DNA of 64,000 bases. Origin: Octopus vulgaris. Taxonomy: Eukaryota. Shown piece by piece: positions 1-12,241 of this stretch (the stretch's first letter is position 1; every line of letters begins with the position of its first letter). The notes below the pieces were generated by a model. That model saw only the letters and a list, made by a program, of their open reading frames with translations. It had not been told where the DNA came from and searched no databases. Location of the stretch: contig OX597825.1 in assembly GCA_951406725.2 (NCBI GenBank), positions 67,146,001 through 67,210,000 on the forward strand. Reading direction: 5' to 3'. The position numbers and the translations under genes are program-made.

Positions 1-352
1 GCGTAGTGGTCTTGCTACATGCAACCTACGGTACATTGCTATCCAGTCTTTTCAGCTATCTAATACTTTCCTGATTATTCTGGCTGTGCCAAGGAGGCAA
101 ACATTTTGTAACAGTTCTACTGGACACTGTATTCCATTTTCCCTACAATTCTCCTTGAATGGTTTCATCCATTCTATTCTAGATGCGGTACAGCAGAGAC
201 ACTTGCTCATTCCTAATGATGACCCACCAGTTCGTGGACAAAGCCTGCTCTTGCACTGACAGTATAGAGCTCTCGGTCTCTTTTTTTAGCCTTCGTTTTA
301 TCAGCCAACCCCACCTACTTTTTTCCTGCAACCTCTGCTGTGGTTGCATGGA
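1..352 (-). mobile_element. Internally deleted Dong/R4-like (RLE) non-LTR retrotransposon 3' fragment
   Basis: Minus strand reads WLIKRRLKKETESSILSVQEQALSTN (like WLRSSGLKAESEGFILAAQDQSLLTRN in the 13968-15089 ORF), joined almost directly to ...VELLQNVCLLGTARIIRKVLDS*, a typical RLE C-terminus. It abuts (TTA)n at 353-416. Confidence 0.7.
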
Positions 353-416
<64 letters not shown>

Positions 417-606
417 GTATTCTTTATTGCCCATAAGGGGCTAAACATAGAGGGGACAAACAAGGACAGGCAAACAGATTAAGCCGATTAAATAGACACC
501 AGTGCGTAACTGGTACTTAATTTATCGACCCTGAAAGGATGAAAGGCAAAGTCGACCTCGGCGGAATTTGAACTCAGAACACAAAGACAGACGAAATACT
601 GCTAAG

Positions 607-667
<61 letters not shown>

Positions 668-690
668 GTTGTTGTTGTTGTTGTTGTTGT
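353..690. repeat. (TTA)n/(TTG)n microsatellites flanking a SINE
   Basis: Runs at 353-416 and 608-690. Confidence 0.95.
417..610 (-). mobile_element. SINE family B (tRNA-derived head, Meta/MESC-like central domain), head-truncated copy
   Basis: Matches the recurrent consensus ...cagtgcgtaactggtacttaatttatcgaccc.gaaaggatgaaaggcaaagtcgacctcggcggaatttgaactcagaac found more than 15 times in the window. The domain name is inferred. Confidence 0.85.
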
Positions 691-1566
691 CGTCGTAGTC
701 GCTGTTGATATTATCAGTAAATCATTAATGCTCACAACAAGGTTACATTAATGTATATAAATAGATAACGTTCGTAATGATATTCATAATATCTATACAC
801 AAAATAATTCAATAAAATATTTAAATACGGCGACGCCTATAAAATACCTTAAGTTCATTAATATTCCATTAGTGTTTCGAGCGAGTGGTTATAGGCATGC
901 CAGACCACGTATTTCTTGTTCATATCATACAGGATATAATAATGAATTGTTATGTAAAAGTATTCGTCTCCGCCTGATATCTACAACCTAATATATTAAC
1001 AATGAGTTCAACCATCACCGCCATCATATATATTATACAATCTGTACTAACAAGTACAATAATATATCAGTGTTTAAGTAAAATAGACAACGTCAGAACA
1101 ACACATAGTACTCAATATGATATATTTGACTTTAGAAACTTTTATAATGAGTGTTTTTTGGCTGATGGTTTTCTTTGGCCGAGGATTCGATTGAAGTTCT
1201 TAACGATGCGTTTCATCTATTGCCCGCTGTATATCCTTCATACGATAGAACGGAAATGTTTGATGTCGACAAAATGATAATTAGTGATTTTCGCATGAAT
1301 TGTTGACGTTTTGCAAGAATTGCATGAATGACTTTGGAAAGTGTTTCTATATTCCGTCTAACATTAGATATTGTTTAGTAGTAGCTTAGCACTGAATCAC
1401 GAGTGTCAAACAGCCACCATCAACCAGAATGTTTTCTCTTACTGTTGCTGTGCTGCGGCTGTTTAAAGACTTAGTCATCGCCGATCGTGACGAAGGACGA
1501 TTTTCTTCGTCATTGTGTCCGGCATTGCGTATGTGTGTGTGTGAGTGTTTGTATGTGTAGGGTGTA

Positions 1567-1612
<46 letters not shown>

Positions 1613-1617
<5 letters not shown>

Positions 1618-1768
1618 TATTGCAGATGCAGCACAGCGGCGACACTTGCTCATTCGTAAGGTTAACCCTCTATTTCGTGGCCAAACGTTACTCTTGTACT
1701 GGCAGTATAGTGCTCTCGGTCTCATCTATTTTCTCCTGCAACCTCTGCTTTGGTTGCATGGAATTATT
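1613..1768 (-). mobile_element. Second copy of the deleted Dong-like fragment
   Basis: Aligns with 170-352 (gacacttgctcattc...ctctcggtctc...ctgcaacctctgct.tggttgcatggaatt) and ends at the same boundary. Confidence 0.75.
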
Positions 1769-1902
1769 TACTTATATATTGATTATTCATTTTTGTACTT
1801 TTTGCGATCTAGTTATATGTTTTAAAAAATATATTTTATTTTCTATTTATGATTCGGTTTATGTCTATCATTGTTTGAATTGCATAATAATGTTTTTTTC
1901 TC

Positions 1903-1974
<72 letters not shown>

Positions 1975-3825
1975 TCTGCTTCACTTAATTACGTTGTTCA
2001 GGCTTCTAATATTTTAAATCTACTCATAAATACGCTCTATGCATTTGCAAAACAAGCAAATGTAATCAGTGAAACAATTCTAAAGCAGTTAATACCATAT
2101 TAAATTAAATTGCATATTTAGATTTTGCACCAGTTCACTGAATTTGAACAGCATCACATCTCCAATGATTCAATAAATAGAATGAATACATTTTAAGAAT
2201 ATACTTTTCTATTTTTTTCTTAATTTCTGTTTATTGCAATTTTAATAGTTTTTCGCTATCTGACCATTACAGGATTTTCAGTGCAAATAACAAACGGACG
2301 AGCGGACATCAATCACTTTTCTAGAGCAGCTGAATTACACAGAGATCAGTTCAAATTTTCGTTGTGTTGTACATGACTTGTCCACAGGTTGATAGAATAT
2401 TTTAAACATTTCCTTCCAGTTCAGTCTGGTTACGTAGAATTATGATCAAAGACATGCTAGCCAAACACGTCTAGTTTTTTTTTAACGGAAAGCTGTTTAG
2501 GTCAAACATATTCAACTTGTGTTTTCTTTATGTGTGGTTGGGTGTGGTTTGATATAAATTTAATTTCTATTTCTAGCCTCTCCAGCTACCTAAATTCATT
2601 ATCAGCCAGCAGTATGCTGAATTACAATTCTCACCATCATCATAGAGTCGAGGTTACTCAGATTAGTATGAACCCGATCCTTCAAATATCGCTAATTCTA
2701 TGCCACGTCTCTGTGGACACCTGGTGTCATCTATCAACTAATCAATGTATATCTTCAAAGGCTGACTTTTTTGATGGTGATCATAGAAAGGCGCCATAGC
2801 AAACAGCTTATTAACTTGCCTGTATTGCCCATCATTACGAACAATATTTTTTGTTTTTGATGTGATGTTCTTTCCGCGACGCATTTAGAATGGTTCGAAA
2901 GATACGCTCGCAGGCGCGCTGTGATACAATCCCAGTTCTTTTTATTAACGTTCACATGGAAGAGCTGTAAAGTAACGCATAAAGGATCAAAGATCCTATC
3001 CGAGTCATAAGCTCATAAACCAGGCTTTTCAATTTCTGAGTCGTATAGTTTCTGCCTCCCAAGACAAGACACCGGTCTGGCATATGAGTACTGAATTTTG
3101 CCGGCTCAGTGGGCTGGGGCTACATATAATAAAGTGTAGTGTGTAGAAAAAACAGTCAATAGACTAAATATTATTCATTATATATACAGTGTACATTTAA
3201 ACACATAAGAGATTACCATAATCGGACATCTAAACCGCTAGAAGGAGTAGTTAAAATCCAAACCACAATTAGGAGTAATTTCGTAAAGGAATGTACATAT
3301 ATATTGAGGCATACATTGGAACGCTCCCGTCAAAAGTTCTAACATTTGCAACAATAATGGACTGGATACATTTGTTTGGGATAGACAAGGAGGATTATGT
3401 ATTGTCATAGAGATACGCTGACCTGGTGTTGTCAATATTCTTTCAAAGTCAAATGCAAAGAGGTCAACTTGGAATAACTGCTTCGAAACGTTTAGTTTCC
3501 AAACCCAAATTTTAAATTCTCATTTATACAAGTAATAACTGATGAACATGTTTTTGATAGTAAACATCCAAGTGACAAAGCTAGACAATTTGGAGAAAGG
3601 AAACCAACCAGCTGAAAAGCATATTACAAATAACATCAGTAAGCGAAACAGTAAAAACATGCGAGATTTTTCTCAATTGCAAGTATCTCTAATGATGGAG
3701 CTCTGTATCTTGTTTAGGAAATAGTTCCTTCTTTAGAAGACTATCGAATAATAATAGAAAATAGAAGAGAACGTACATAGCATGCATCAATTCAAACATG
3801 CATAAATTAATACAGGCATATATTT

Positions 3826-4007
3826 CTTTTACGTGTTTCAGTCATGTGACTGTGGCCATGCTGGAGCACCGCCTTTAGTCGAGCAAGTCAACCCCAGGAC
3901 TAGTACTATCGGTCTATTTTTTCGAACCGCTAAGTTGTGCGGACATAAACGCACCAGAAAAGATGTTGGGGGAACAAACATATACACACACATACAAATA
4001 CATATAA

Positions 4008-4068
<61 letters not shown>

Positions 4069-4235
4069 TATACGACGGGCTTCTTTCAGTTTCCGTCTAC
4101 CAAATCCACTCACAAGGCTTTGGTCGGCCCGAGACTATAGTAGAAGACACTTGCCCAAGCTGTCACGCAGTGGAACTGAACCCGGAACCATGTGGTTCGT
4201 AAGCAAGCTACTTACCACACACCGACTCCTAAGCA
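3826..4235 (-). mobile_element. SINE family A (tRNA head, CORE-like CTTGGGCAAGT, internal microsatellite, 3' module)
   Basis: Minus strand has Pol III A/B-box-like GTGTGGTAAGTAGCTTG / GGTTCCGGGTTCAGTTCC, then CTTGGGCAAGTGTC, (TA)n and a 3' module GCTCCAGCATGGCC..GACTGAAAC. Confidence 0.85.
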
Positions 4236-5010
4236 TACATGCATACTTAGACACACTCATAAATATGTATATATATGTATGTGTGACTGTGTGTGTATAT
4301 TTGTGTGTGTGTGTGTGTGTGTGTGTTTGTGTATGTAAGAATATTTTTACGTAGCTGTATATGTAGATATATGCATGGACATATGCACTGCAGTTAATGT
4401 ATTGTGTGAAGCATCACTTGCACTCAGTTAATGTCTTATTATTAAACAAAAATGCGTTATTCATTTCCAACGATGTATTTATGGATAAACTTGCCTTACA
4501 TATCAATCTATAACCATGATCAGTAATTAAAAATTAAAGCATTTGTGGTAATTGATGATCAATTAAATTGAAAATATTTATGGAGTAAGTTCACATAATA
4601 CCATGTCCATCAGATAAGTTCATATGCATTGAGATAAACATCGTTGCACAACGAACGAAAAAAAAATGTCGATCACAATGGATTTATTCTGTAAGAGGAG
4701 ATATTGATTAAACATAAAGATGTCGGATTTGAGAAAAATATTTCTCTAAAATATATTTTTGAAAGATACATAAAATTTTCTTCAATATAATTATCACGAT
4801 ATCAAATTCTATGTTATACGTTTACAAAATAAAAATTCTCATATAGTTACTAAGTACGAATACATATGTGTGTGTGGGGGGGGGAGGTTGAGTGGGGAGG
4901 AGTGTATGTGTGTATTTATGTGTGTGTGTGTATGAGAGAGAAAGTGTATACATATATTCATATACACATACACACATATGTATGGACTTGTATAAATATA
5001 TATGTGTATA

Positions 5011-5247
5011 TTTTACTCTTTTACTTGTTTCAGTCATTTGACTGCCATGCTGGAGCACCGCCTTTAGTCGAGCAAATTCACCCCAGGAATTACTCTTTGT
5101 AAGCCTAGTACTTATTCTATCGGTCTCTTTTGCCGAACCCTATGTTACGGGGATGTAAAAACACCAGCATCGGTTGTCAAGCGAAGTTGAGGTGACAAAC
5201 ATAGAAACTCAAACATATACACACACACTCACACACAGACACACACA

Positions 5248-5317
<70 letters not shown>

Positions 5318-5490
5318 CACACACATATACGATGGGCTTCTTTAAATTTCCGTCTACCAAATCCACTCACAAGGATGTGGTCTGCCCGAAGCTATAGTAG
5401 AAGACACTTGCCCAAGGTGCCACGCAATTGGACTGAACTCGGAACCATGTGGTTGCTAAGCAAGCTACTTATCACAGAGCCACTCCTACG

Positions 5491-5493
<3 letters not shown>
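5011..5493 (-). mobile_element. SINE family A copy
   Basis: Same modules as 3826-4235, with internal (CA)n(TA)n. Confidence 0.85.
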
Positions 5494-5540
<47 letters not shown>

Positions 5541-5543
<3 letters not shown>

Positions 5544-5804
5544 GAGCAGTACGTAGGCCAAACAAAAAATAGTTTGCGTAAAAGAATGGCCCTGCACAGA
5601 TCCCAGATAAAAATTCCCCAAAACAGAAAAATAGCTTTCAGCCAACACATAGATACTTGCGCCAACAACAAAACACCAGGCTTCAGGATTTTCCCCCTCT
5701 ACCAATTTAGGGACGATACAACCTCGAGACAACGAATAAGTAAAGAAACTCTCTTTATTACAAAATACAGGCCACTTCTTAACGGGTCTACGACAAACGA
5801 TTAA
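5541..5804 (+). pseudogene. Penelope-like element GIY-YIG endonuclease C-terminal fragment
   Basis: In frame with ORF 5574-5804: QEQYVGQTKNSLRKRMALHRSQIK...SQHIDTC...FRIFPL...RISKETLFITKYRPLLN. This carries the YIG motif plus the R, H, E and terminal LN residues typical of PLE GIY-YIG. It is 5'-truncated at (TA)n. Confidence 0.8.
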
Positions 5805-5964
5805 TATACCTCAACTTTAGAATAAAAGAAATACACACACAAATATTACATTCCAAAGAATCCATTACTAATCAGCCCCAATCACAGCTATAATCCATAA
5901 CATGCCAACTTCAAGTCATACAACACCTCACTACTTTCACCCATTCATATTCTCCCTTCTATGT

Positions 5965-6179
5965 TTTCTTCTTCTTCTTCCTCTCCTTCTTCATCATCAT
6001 CATTATCATCATCATCGTCATCATCATCACCACCATCATCATCATCATCTTCTTCTTCTCCTTCTCCTTCTTCTTCTTCTTCTTCTTCTTCATCATCATC
6101 ATCATCATCAACATCGTCATCTTCTTCTTCTTCTTCTTCTTCTTCTTCTTCTTCTTCTTCTTCTTCTTCTTCTTCTTCT
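5965..6179. repeat. Compound (TCT)n/(TCA)n microsatellite
   Basis: Directly visible. Confidence 0.95.
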
Positions 6180-6533
6180 GCTCCACCTTCTACCTCTTAA
6201 CTTTATCACTAATGCTTTTTAGTAAAACACCTACGCAAATTCCATAAACAAATCTCTCAATAGAAATATTCTCCTGAATTGAACTGCAACTGCTAGCCGT
6301 CACTGACCATTCAAAATACAACAATCAAGGCACTCCCAAATTTTTCCACCCCCCTCTCCTCTTCAGACTTCTTCTTCTTCTACCCTACCAAGAATTCACA
6401 GCGACCTCGAACACACAAGTGCAAACAAGGGAGTCAGAGAAAGGTAGAATGCCACTTATATTTGAACACTACTATACAAATATTCCTTTAAAAAAAACTT
6501 TTCTTCTAATTTTTTTAAATTTAATTATTTAAT

Positions 6534-6581
6534 CGTTACAGTTGAAAAGGTCTCAAAATGACCGAAACCGGTACTGAAATG
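6534..6581 (+). ncRNA. Minimal type-I hammerhead ribozyme motif, U3-A8 variant
   Basis: CGTTACAG-TTGAAAA-GGTC tcaaaat GACC-GAA-ACCGGT-A-CTGAAATG: helix I 7 of 8 bp, core UUGAAAA, 4-bp helix II, GAAA, palindromic helix III and GUA cleavage triplet. Confidence 0.7.
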
Positions 6582-6624
6582 TTCTTTATAAAATTATTTT
6601 AGCATTTTCTATTTTGACTTGTTT

Positions 6625-6668
<44 letters not shown>

Positions 6669-7044
6669 TTAAACTAGTCATTCGCAACATTTGTGTGTTC
6701 GAGCAGTCTTTGCTCAGAGGCCACCCGAACTCCCGTCTCTTTCGACAGCAATTTCATTCATCCTCATCGTTCCTCTGTTCCTCACTCTTAATCCGTCACA
6801 TCTTTTCATCTAATCCACCCCCATACACATTCAGACACTCACACGCAAAATATATACATTATACATATGATGTATACACATACATCGACGTCGTCGTCGA
6901 CGGCGGCGACGTTTTATCGTGTGTCCGATAATTTAGTTGATCTCTTCTTGACCACTTCTTCCCTCCGGTAAGCAAAGTTCACAACCAAACCCTCCGTGGT
7001 GGAGGCTTTAGTTCTGGCACCCTCCATTTTCTTCTTGTCGGAAG

Positions 7045-7590
7045 AGGATATTGAGAACCGATTAAGAATAGCACCCACCGCGTTAGATGGAGTGCCAAAA
7101 CGGGTCTTTAAGAACAAAGATTTGAACTATAAAACAAGATTGAATGTCTACCAAGCAGTCGTGATCTCCACTCTTTAGTGAAGTGACTTCAGAAAACTAG
7201 AACGATTTCACCAACGGACGCTCCGCTCTATTATGAATATTAAATGGAACGACTGTGTCACCTATGTCTCCTTTTTGAAAAGAACTAAAAGCAGCAACCT
7301 CGTTCTGTGATCGGCGGCCCACGTAGTAAGAATGAAAGAAATGAGGCTGACGCGTTAAATCTTATATACTCTTTTACTCTTTTACTCTTTTACTTGTTTC
7401 AGTCATTTGACTGCGGCCATGCTGGAGCACCGCCTTTTTTTGATCGAGCAACTCGACCCCGGGACTTATTCTTTTGTAAGCCCAGTACTTATTCAATCGG
7501 TCTCTTTTGCCGAACCGCTAAGTAACGGGGACATAAACACACCAGCATCGGTTGTCAAGCAATGCTAGGGGGACAAACACAGACACACAA

Positions 7591-7623
<33 letters not shown>

Positions 7624-7895
7624 CATATATACGACGGGCTTCTTTCTGTTTCCGTCTACCAAATCCACTCACAAGGCTTTGGTCGGCCCGAGGCTATAGT
7701 AGAAGACACTTGCCCAAGGTGCCACGCAGTGGGACTGAACCCGGAACCATGTGGTTGGTAAACAAGCTACTTAGCACACAGCCACTCCTGCACCTATATA
7801 GTGAACTTTCCACTGAGAGAAATCTCCGTGACCGTCCTCTCCGTCGATACAAGGATCAGTTGAAGCAAAACCTAAAACTGACTGGAATCCAATTC
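7045..7895 (+). mobile_element. Decayed RTE-clade LINE C-terminal fragment interrupted by a SINE
   Basis: IENRLRIA...KRVFKNKDLNYKTRLNVYQAVVISTL, RKLERFHQRTLRSIMNIKWND and, after the SINE, LYSELSTERNLRDRPLRRYKDQLKQNLK. These are RTE/BovB-like post-RT motifs. Confidence 0.75.
7369..7795 (-). mobile_element. SINE family A, near-complete copy
   Basis: Full consensus nested in the RTE fragment. Confidence 0.9.
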
Positions 7896-8599
7896 CACTG
7901 TGACAGATACATATATGAATATGAATTATATACATATATATAACACTTCAAAATGGAACAAATCCATAGAGTTAGAAATTAAAGTACAGAGGAAACAGAA
8001 TTTGGCCAACATGTCCTTTAGTTGTAGAGAAATATGTACCACAACCTTTATTCAATTATTGAGCTGTTTTCACCTTAAGTGCTGTTGATCAGCCCTTTTA
8101 ATATACTATATACATTTTCAAGTGGGATACATCTATAATATAATTTCTTTCTTCTGAGAAGAGAGATGAGGTCGCTTACATTGCTACCAATAGGCCTTTC
8201 CATACCTAATTTTGTGGTTTAGCTGCTTCATTGTAACTAACTACATAGATGTTGCATACACGTCAGAATAGAGTATTGCATATTTATGCGTGCGTGTATG
8301 TTTATGTAAATATGTGTGTGTGTGTGTGTGTGTGTATGTGATATTTTGTTAATTAGTCTTAATATTAAAAAGAACAATTGCTCACAACTTGAGCAAAAGG
8401 ATTCATTTCACGTTGCATTTCATACCCATTGAGGTGTAAATGGCTAACCCTGGGACGGATTGTCTCTCCATTCAGGTGGCATGTTAGCCAACCCACCTAG
8501 TCAACGGGGTGGCATCATTGAAAACCTACAAAAATGCAAAGAAGCACGGTGTGGCAATTAGCATATGACATATAATGATCTTGACATTATCGTATTCCT

Positions 8600-8750
8600 T
8601 TATTCTTTACTTGCTTTAGTTTTGACTGCAGCCATGCTGGAGCATTGCCTTAAAGGGTTTTAGTCGAACAGATCGAACCCAGGATTTATTCTTTGTAAGT
8701 CTAGTACTTCTTCTATAATTTCTTTTATCGAATGGCTAATTTACGGGGAC
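8600..8750 (-). mobile_element. SINE family A 3' module only
   Basis: ttttacttg...gactgcagccatgctggagca...ttctttgtaagtctagtact. Confidence 0.65.
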
Positions 8751-9246
8751 ATTCCAGAAGGTAGTGTATTTTTCCCATATCGAAGTACAATAAGCTGAAA
8801 GCTTAATTTCATAGTCCACAGTTAGCAACAGGGATTGTTGCATATGTGAATAAACATCCCAAAATTAGGGAATGGAGTAGATAAAATCCAGGCTACATAT
8901 GCCTTCATAGAACCTCGAAAATAGAAAATTATCCAAAAGAGGGGTAGACCGCAAGCTACTCTTTCGGCCATGTATGACTCGATTATATGAAGTTTGCATT
9001 GCCGTTAGGGGAAACCGTGGTAACTCGTTTTGGATTCCACACTTCCACACACACACACATACACACACACCTCACGCACACACACACTCACGCACACGCA
9101 TATATATATGAGAAGGAAATGAAGAGATCAACAGATAACATCAACTTGTTAACAAAACGTCAATTTCTAATTACATACTATTGATTCTATATTATATTTA
9201 TTCAAATTACAAGAAGTGTCTATATCATCACAATAACCTATCAATA

Positions 9247-9405
9247 TCATCATCATCATCATCATCGTTTAACGTCCGTTTTCCATGCTAGCATGGGTTG
9301 GACGGTTCAACTGGGGTCTGGGGAGCTAGTAGGCTGCGCTAGGCCCAGTCTGATCTGGCAGTGTTTCTACAGCTTGATGCCCTTCCTAACGCCAACCACT
9401 CCATG
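9247..9405 (-). mobile_element. 3' end of an RTE-associated SINE/LINE with (GAT)n tail
   Basis: (CAT)n cgtttaacgtccgttttccatgctagcatgggttggacgg ... gatgcccttcctaacgccaacc. Confidence 0.55.
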
Positions 9406-9887
9406 AGTGCTTTTCATGTGCGTGTGTGTGTATACATACATACATGTATATATAAACATATATGGTATATGTGCCTACGCATGTCGGTATGTGTATGTTT
9501 CAGTGCGCATGTATACCTCAGCGTGTATGCGAGTTTGTGCATGGTTGTCTGTGTGACCTGAAGTCTGCTCATATTGTGATTATGGCGGTGCCATTTAACA
9601 GAGAGTAAAACGTTTTTGTTCTATAAATTCTTTTCCTTCAGAATTGTTTGTTTGTTTCTCTTCTGTCGCCATTATTCTTTTTCTTCAAACGTCTATTTCC
9701 GCTCTATTCCTTTCCCTTCCATTTTCCTTCCAATTTTGGAAATTTGGAAGGACCTACTACATATTTTCCTACAATCCCGCGAGGGTCTTGAGGCTTGGGG
9801 GCGAATCTTCAGGTATGTCCACCATAAGCTTTTATCAAAGTTAATCGTCATTAGATCCTTCGTGACCGAGTGAGACTATAGATATAT

Positions 9888-10165
9888 TTATTTCTTTATT
9901 GCCCAAAGGGGCTAAACATTGAGTAGACAAACGAGGACAAACAAATGGATTAAGCCGATTACATCGACCCCAGTGCGTAACTGATACTTAATTTATCGAC
10001 CCCCGAAAGGATGAAAGGCAAAGTTGACCTCGGCGGAAATTGAACTCGGGAAGTAACGACAGACGAAATACCTATTCCTATTTCTTTACTACCAACAAGG
10101 GGTTAAACACAGAGGAGACAAACAAGGACATACACACAGATTAAGTCGATTACATCGACCCCAGC
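9888..10165 (-). mobile_element. SINE family B tandem units
   Basis: Consensus match, with the unit junction gacgaaatac|ctatt near 10070. Confidence 0.85.
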
Positions 10166-10500
10166 TGAGGCTGACTTTGCCTTTCATCCTTTGGGGGTCG
10201 ATAAATTAAGTACCAGTTACGCACAGGGGTTGAGGTAATCAACTTAATCCGTTTGTCTGTCCTTGTTTGTCCTCTCTGTGTTTAGTCCCCTGTGGGCAAT
10301 CAAGAAATTGAAATATGTATTTCGTCTGCCGCTACGTTCTGAGTCCAAATTTCGCCGAGGTCGACTTTGCCCTTCATCCTTTCGGTGTCGATTAAGTAAG
10401 TACCAGTTACGCACTGGGGTCGATATAATCGACTTAATCCGTTTGTCTGTCCTTGCTTGTCCCCTCTATGTTCAGCCCCTTGTGGGCAATAAAGAAATAA
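10166..10500 (+). mobile_element. SINE family B tandem units (opposite orientation)
   Basis: gactttgcctttcatcct..ggggtcgataaattaagtaccagttacgcac occurs twice. Confidence 0.85.
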
Positions 10501-11347
10501 GAAGTAGCGCCTCGACGTGTAGAAACTCACTAGTATTCAAGCTACGCCCTGTGTCGAGAAACGTTATTCCAGAGATCATTCGTTTATTTACTAAGCTATT
10601 TTGAAAGCATCAGGGAAACTAATTGTATGAAATTTTACTGGTGTTAGCAATTCCGAAGATTATGCCATTTGAAACAATTATTTACCAAATGCAAACCACA
10701 AATAAGCTTTATGTTTTATAAATGGTTAATATTCTCATGCATAAGCAAATCTCTTGTGGATATAACAATCGTTTGGACTTGGAACGAAAGATGGAAATTT
10801 ATTTTCCTGATATAAACAATTGAAAAGGGAAACTATAGTCAAAGGAATTTTCTTTCCCTTATGGCATTCCATCACTTTTTCCCCACTCTTAAAATTAAAT
10901 CTGTATTTAATCATCTAATGCTTAAAGTAACTAAAGCAAAACAAAACGTGGATTGACCGTAGGGTGTATGCTAATTCCTGTAGTTAGCTGAACATAATAC
11001 GGAAGGGGAGAAAGACAGAAAGGGAACAATAATTCTTCAGGTGATTTATATTCGGATGTGATTTGAATGTGTTAATGCGTACTAATGGTTTTTCTTTAAA
11101 ATTACAGTATTTATGGTGCTGCTTAATTAATCTTGCTTAATTAATGCTACACTCATTAATTTAAAATGCATTGCTTATATATATATGTATATACCGTTGG
11201 CAACCGTTAGAGAATGAGATTTGATGCAACAAACTAGGGAAATAGAAATTGAATGTATAAAAGTAAACAGCCCTATATATATATAGGGTGTGGTGAGGCA
11301 AATCGTTGCTAAACCCTTAATTACTTAGTATATATATATATATATAT

Positions 11348-11437
<90 letters not shown>

Positions 11438-11440
<3 letters not shown>

Positions 11441-11830
11441 TAGCAGTATCTCCCGTCGATTTCTGGGGTTTATTTCGACCCTTTAGAATTGGAACTTTTG
11501 AAAAGTAAAGATTTTGAATTAGGTAGTTTGTTATTCTCTTAAAGTGAAGCTTTTACTGGTTGAAACACACCGAAAAATGGCGACACAGCAGTCAAAAAAT
11601 CGTGAAAAATAGGGATTTTTCATAGAAAAAAAGCAATTTTTTAAAGTAAGTAATTTTTGGTGTTAACAAGGTCCGATTTGAATTTTTTTCTTCTACGTAA
11701 AGCAGAGCAAACCTTTTTCTATCATACTCTGAATTTTGGTCAACTTGAGCCGCAGGGTCTCGAAGGAGATAGTGTTAGTTGAAGGCTACCAGACATGCCA
11801 TACACAGACAACTTCAGCTTTACATATATA
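11438..11830 (-). mobile_element. Non-autonomous Helitron-like element in (TA)n
   Basis: Plus strand begins tACTAGcagtatctcccg..., giving a CTAGT end with adjacent GC-rich imperfect hairpin on the minus strand. The other end is acagacaacttcagctttacatata. Confidence 0.5.
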
Positions 11831-11833
11831 TAT

Positions 11834-12170
11834 GTAAATACTCTGTGTTTTGTCTGGGGAGAGTCATTTTCTTTTTGTGCCTTACGATTTAACACACTCA
11901 CCGGTAAAATTTCCATTTATTTCTTATTTTTATTTTCCCAAAATTTTCGTTTCGTCTTGCAACCTTTCAAGAGTCAAGACTATTGAAAAGATTGCAAGAC
12001 GCAACGAAAATTTTAGTTAAATAAAAATAAGAAATAAGTGGAAATTTTACTGGTGAGTGTGTTAAATCTTAAGGCAAAAAAAGAAAATGACTCTCCCCAG
12101 ACACAACAGAATATGCTTCAACACACGAACTCATATAAATAATCTTGCAAACCAAATCCACAAACAAAAT

Positions 12171-12171
<1 letters not shown>
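11834..12171. mobile_element. Palindromic (head-to-head) Penelope pLTR-like element
   Basis: Arms ~11845-11975 and 11978-12110 are imperfect reverse complements, each beginning with a hammerhead-like motif. A related copy lies at 60940-61211. Confidence 0.65.
11978..12018 (+). ncRNA. Minimal hammerhead-like motif, U3-A8 variant with extra G
   Basis: GACTA-TTGAAAA-G-ATTGC aagac GCAAC-GAA-AATT-T-TAGTT. The mirror arm has GTTGC, which restores helix II. Confidence 0.5.

Positions 12172-12241
<70 letters not shown>

Larger units (their letters stand above)
5541..6628 (+). mobile_element. Penelope-like retroelement 3' portion with pseudo-LTR, between (TA)n tracts
   Basis: GIY-YIG fragment, 3' region with (TCA/TCT)n and a terminal ~230 bp repeated at 54339-54569 that contains a hammerhead motif. 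(TA)n lies on both sides. Confidence 0.75.

Noticed and set aside
1487-1512. Hairpin TGACGAAG...CTTCGTCA in a CpG-richer patch
   Set aside because: A single short stem with no family or functional context.
5902-6222. Poly-H/L/S/K ORFs
   Set aside because: Trinucleotide microsatellite read-through.
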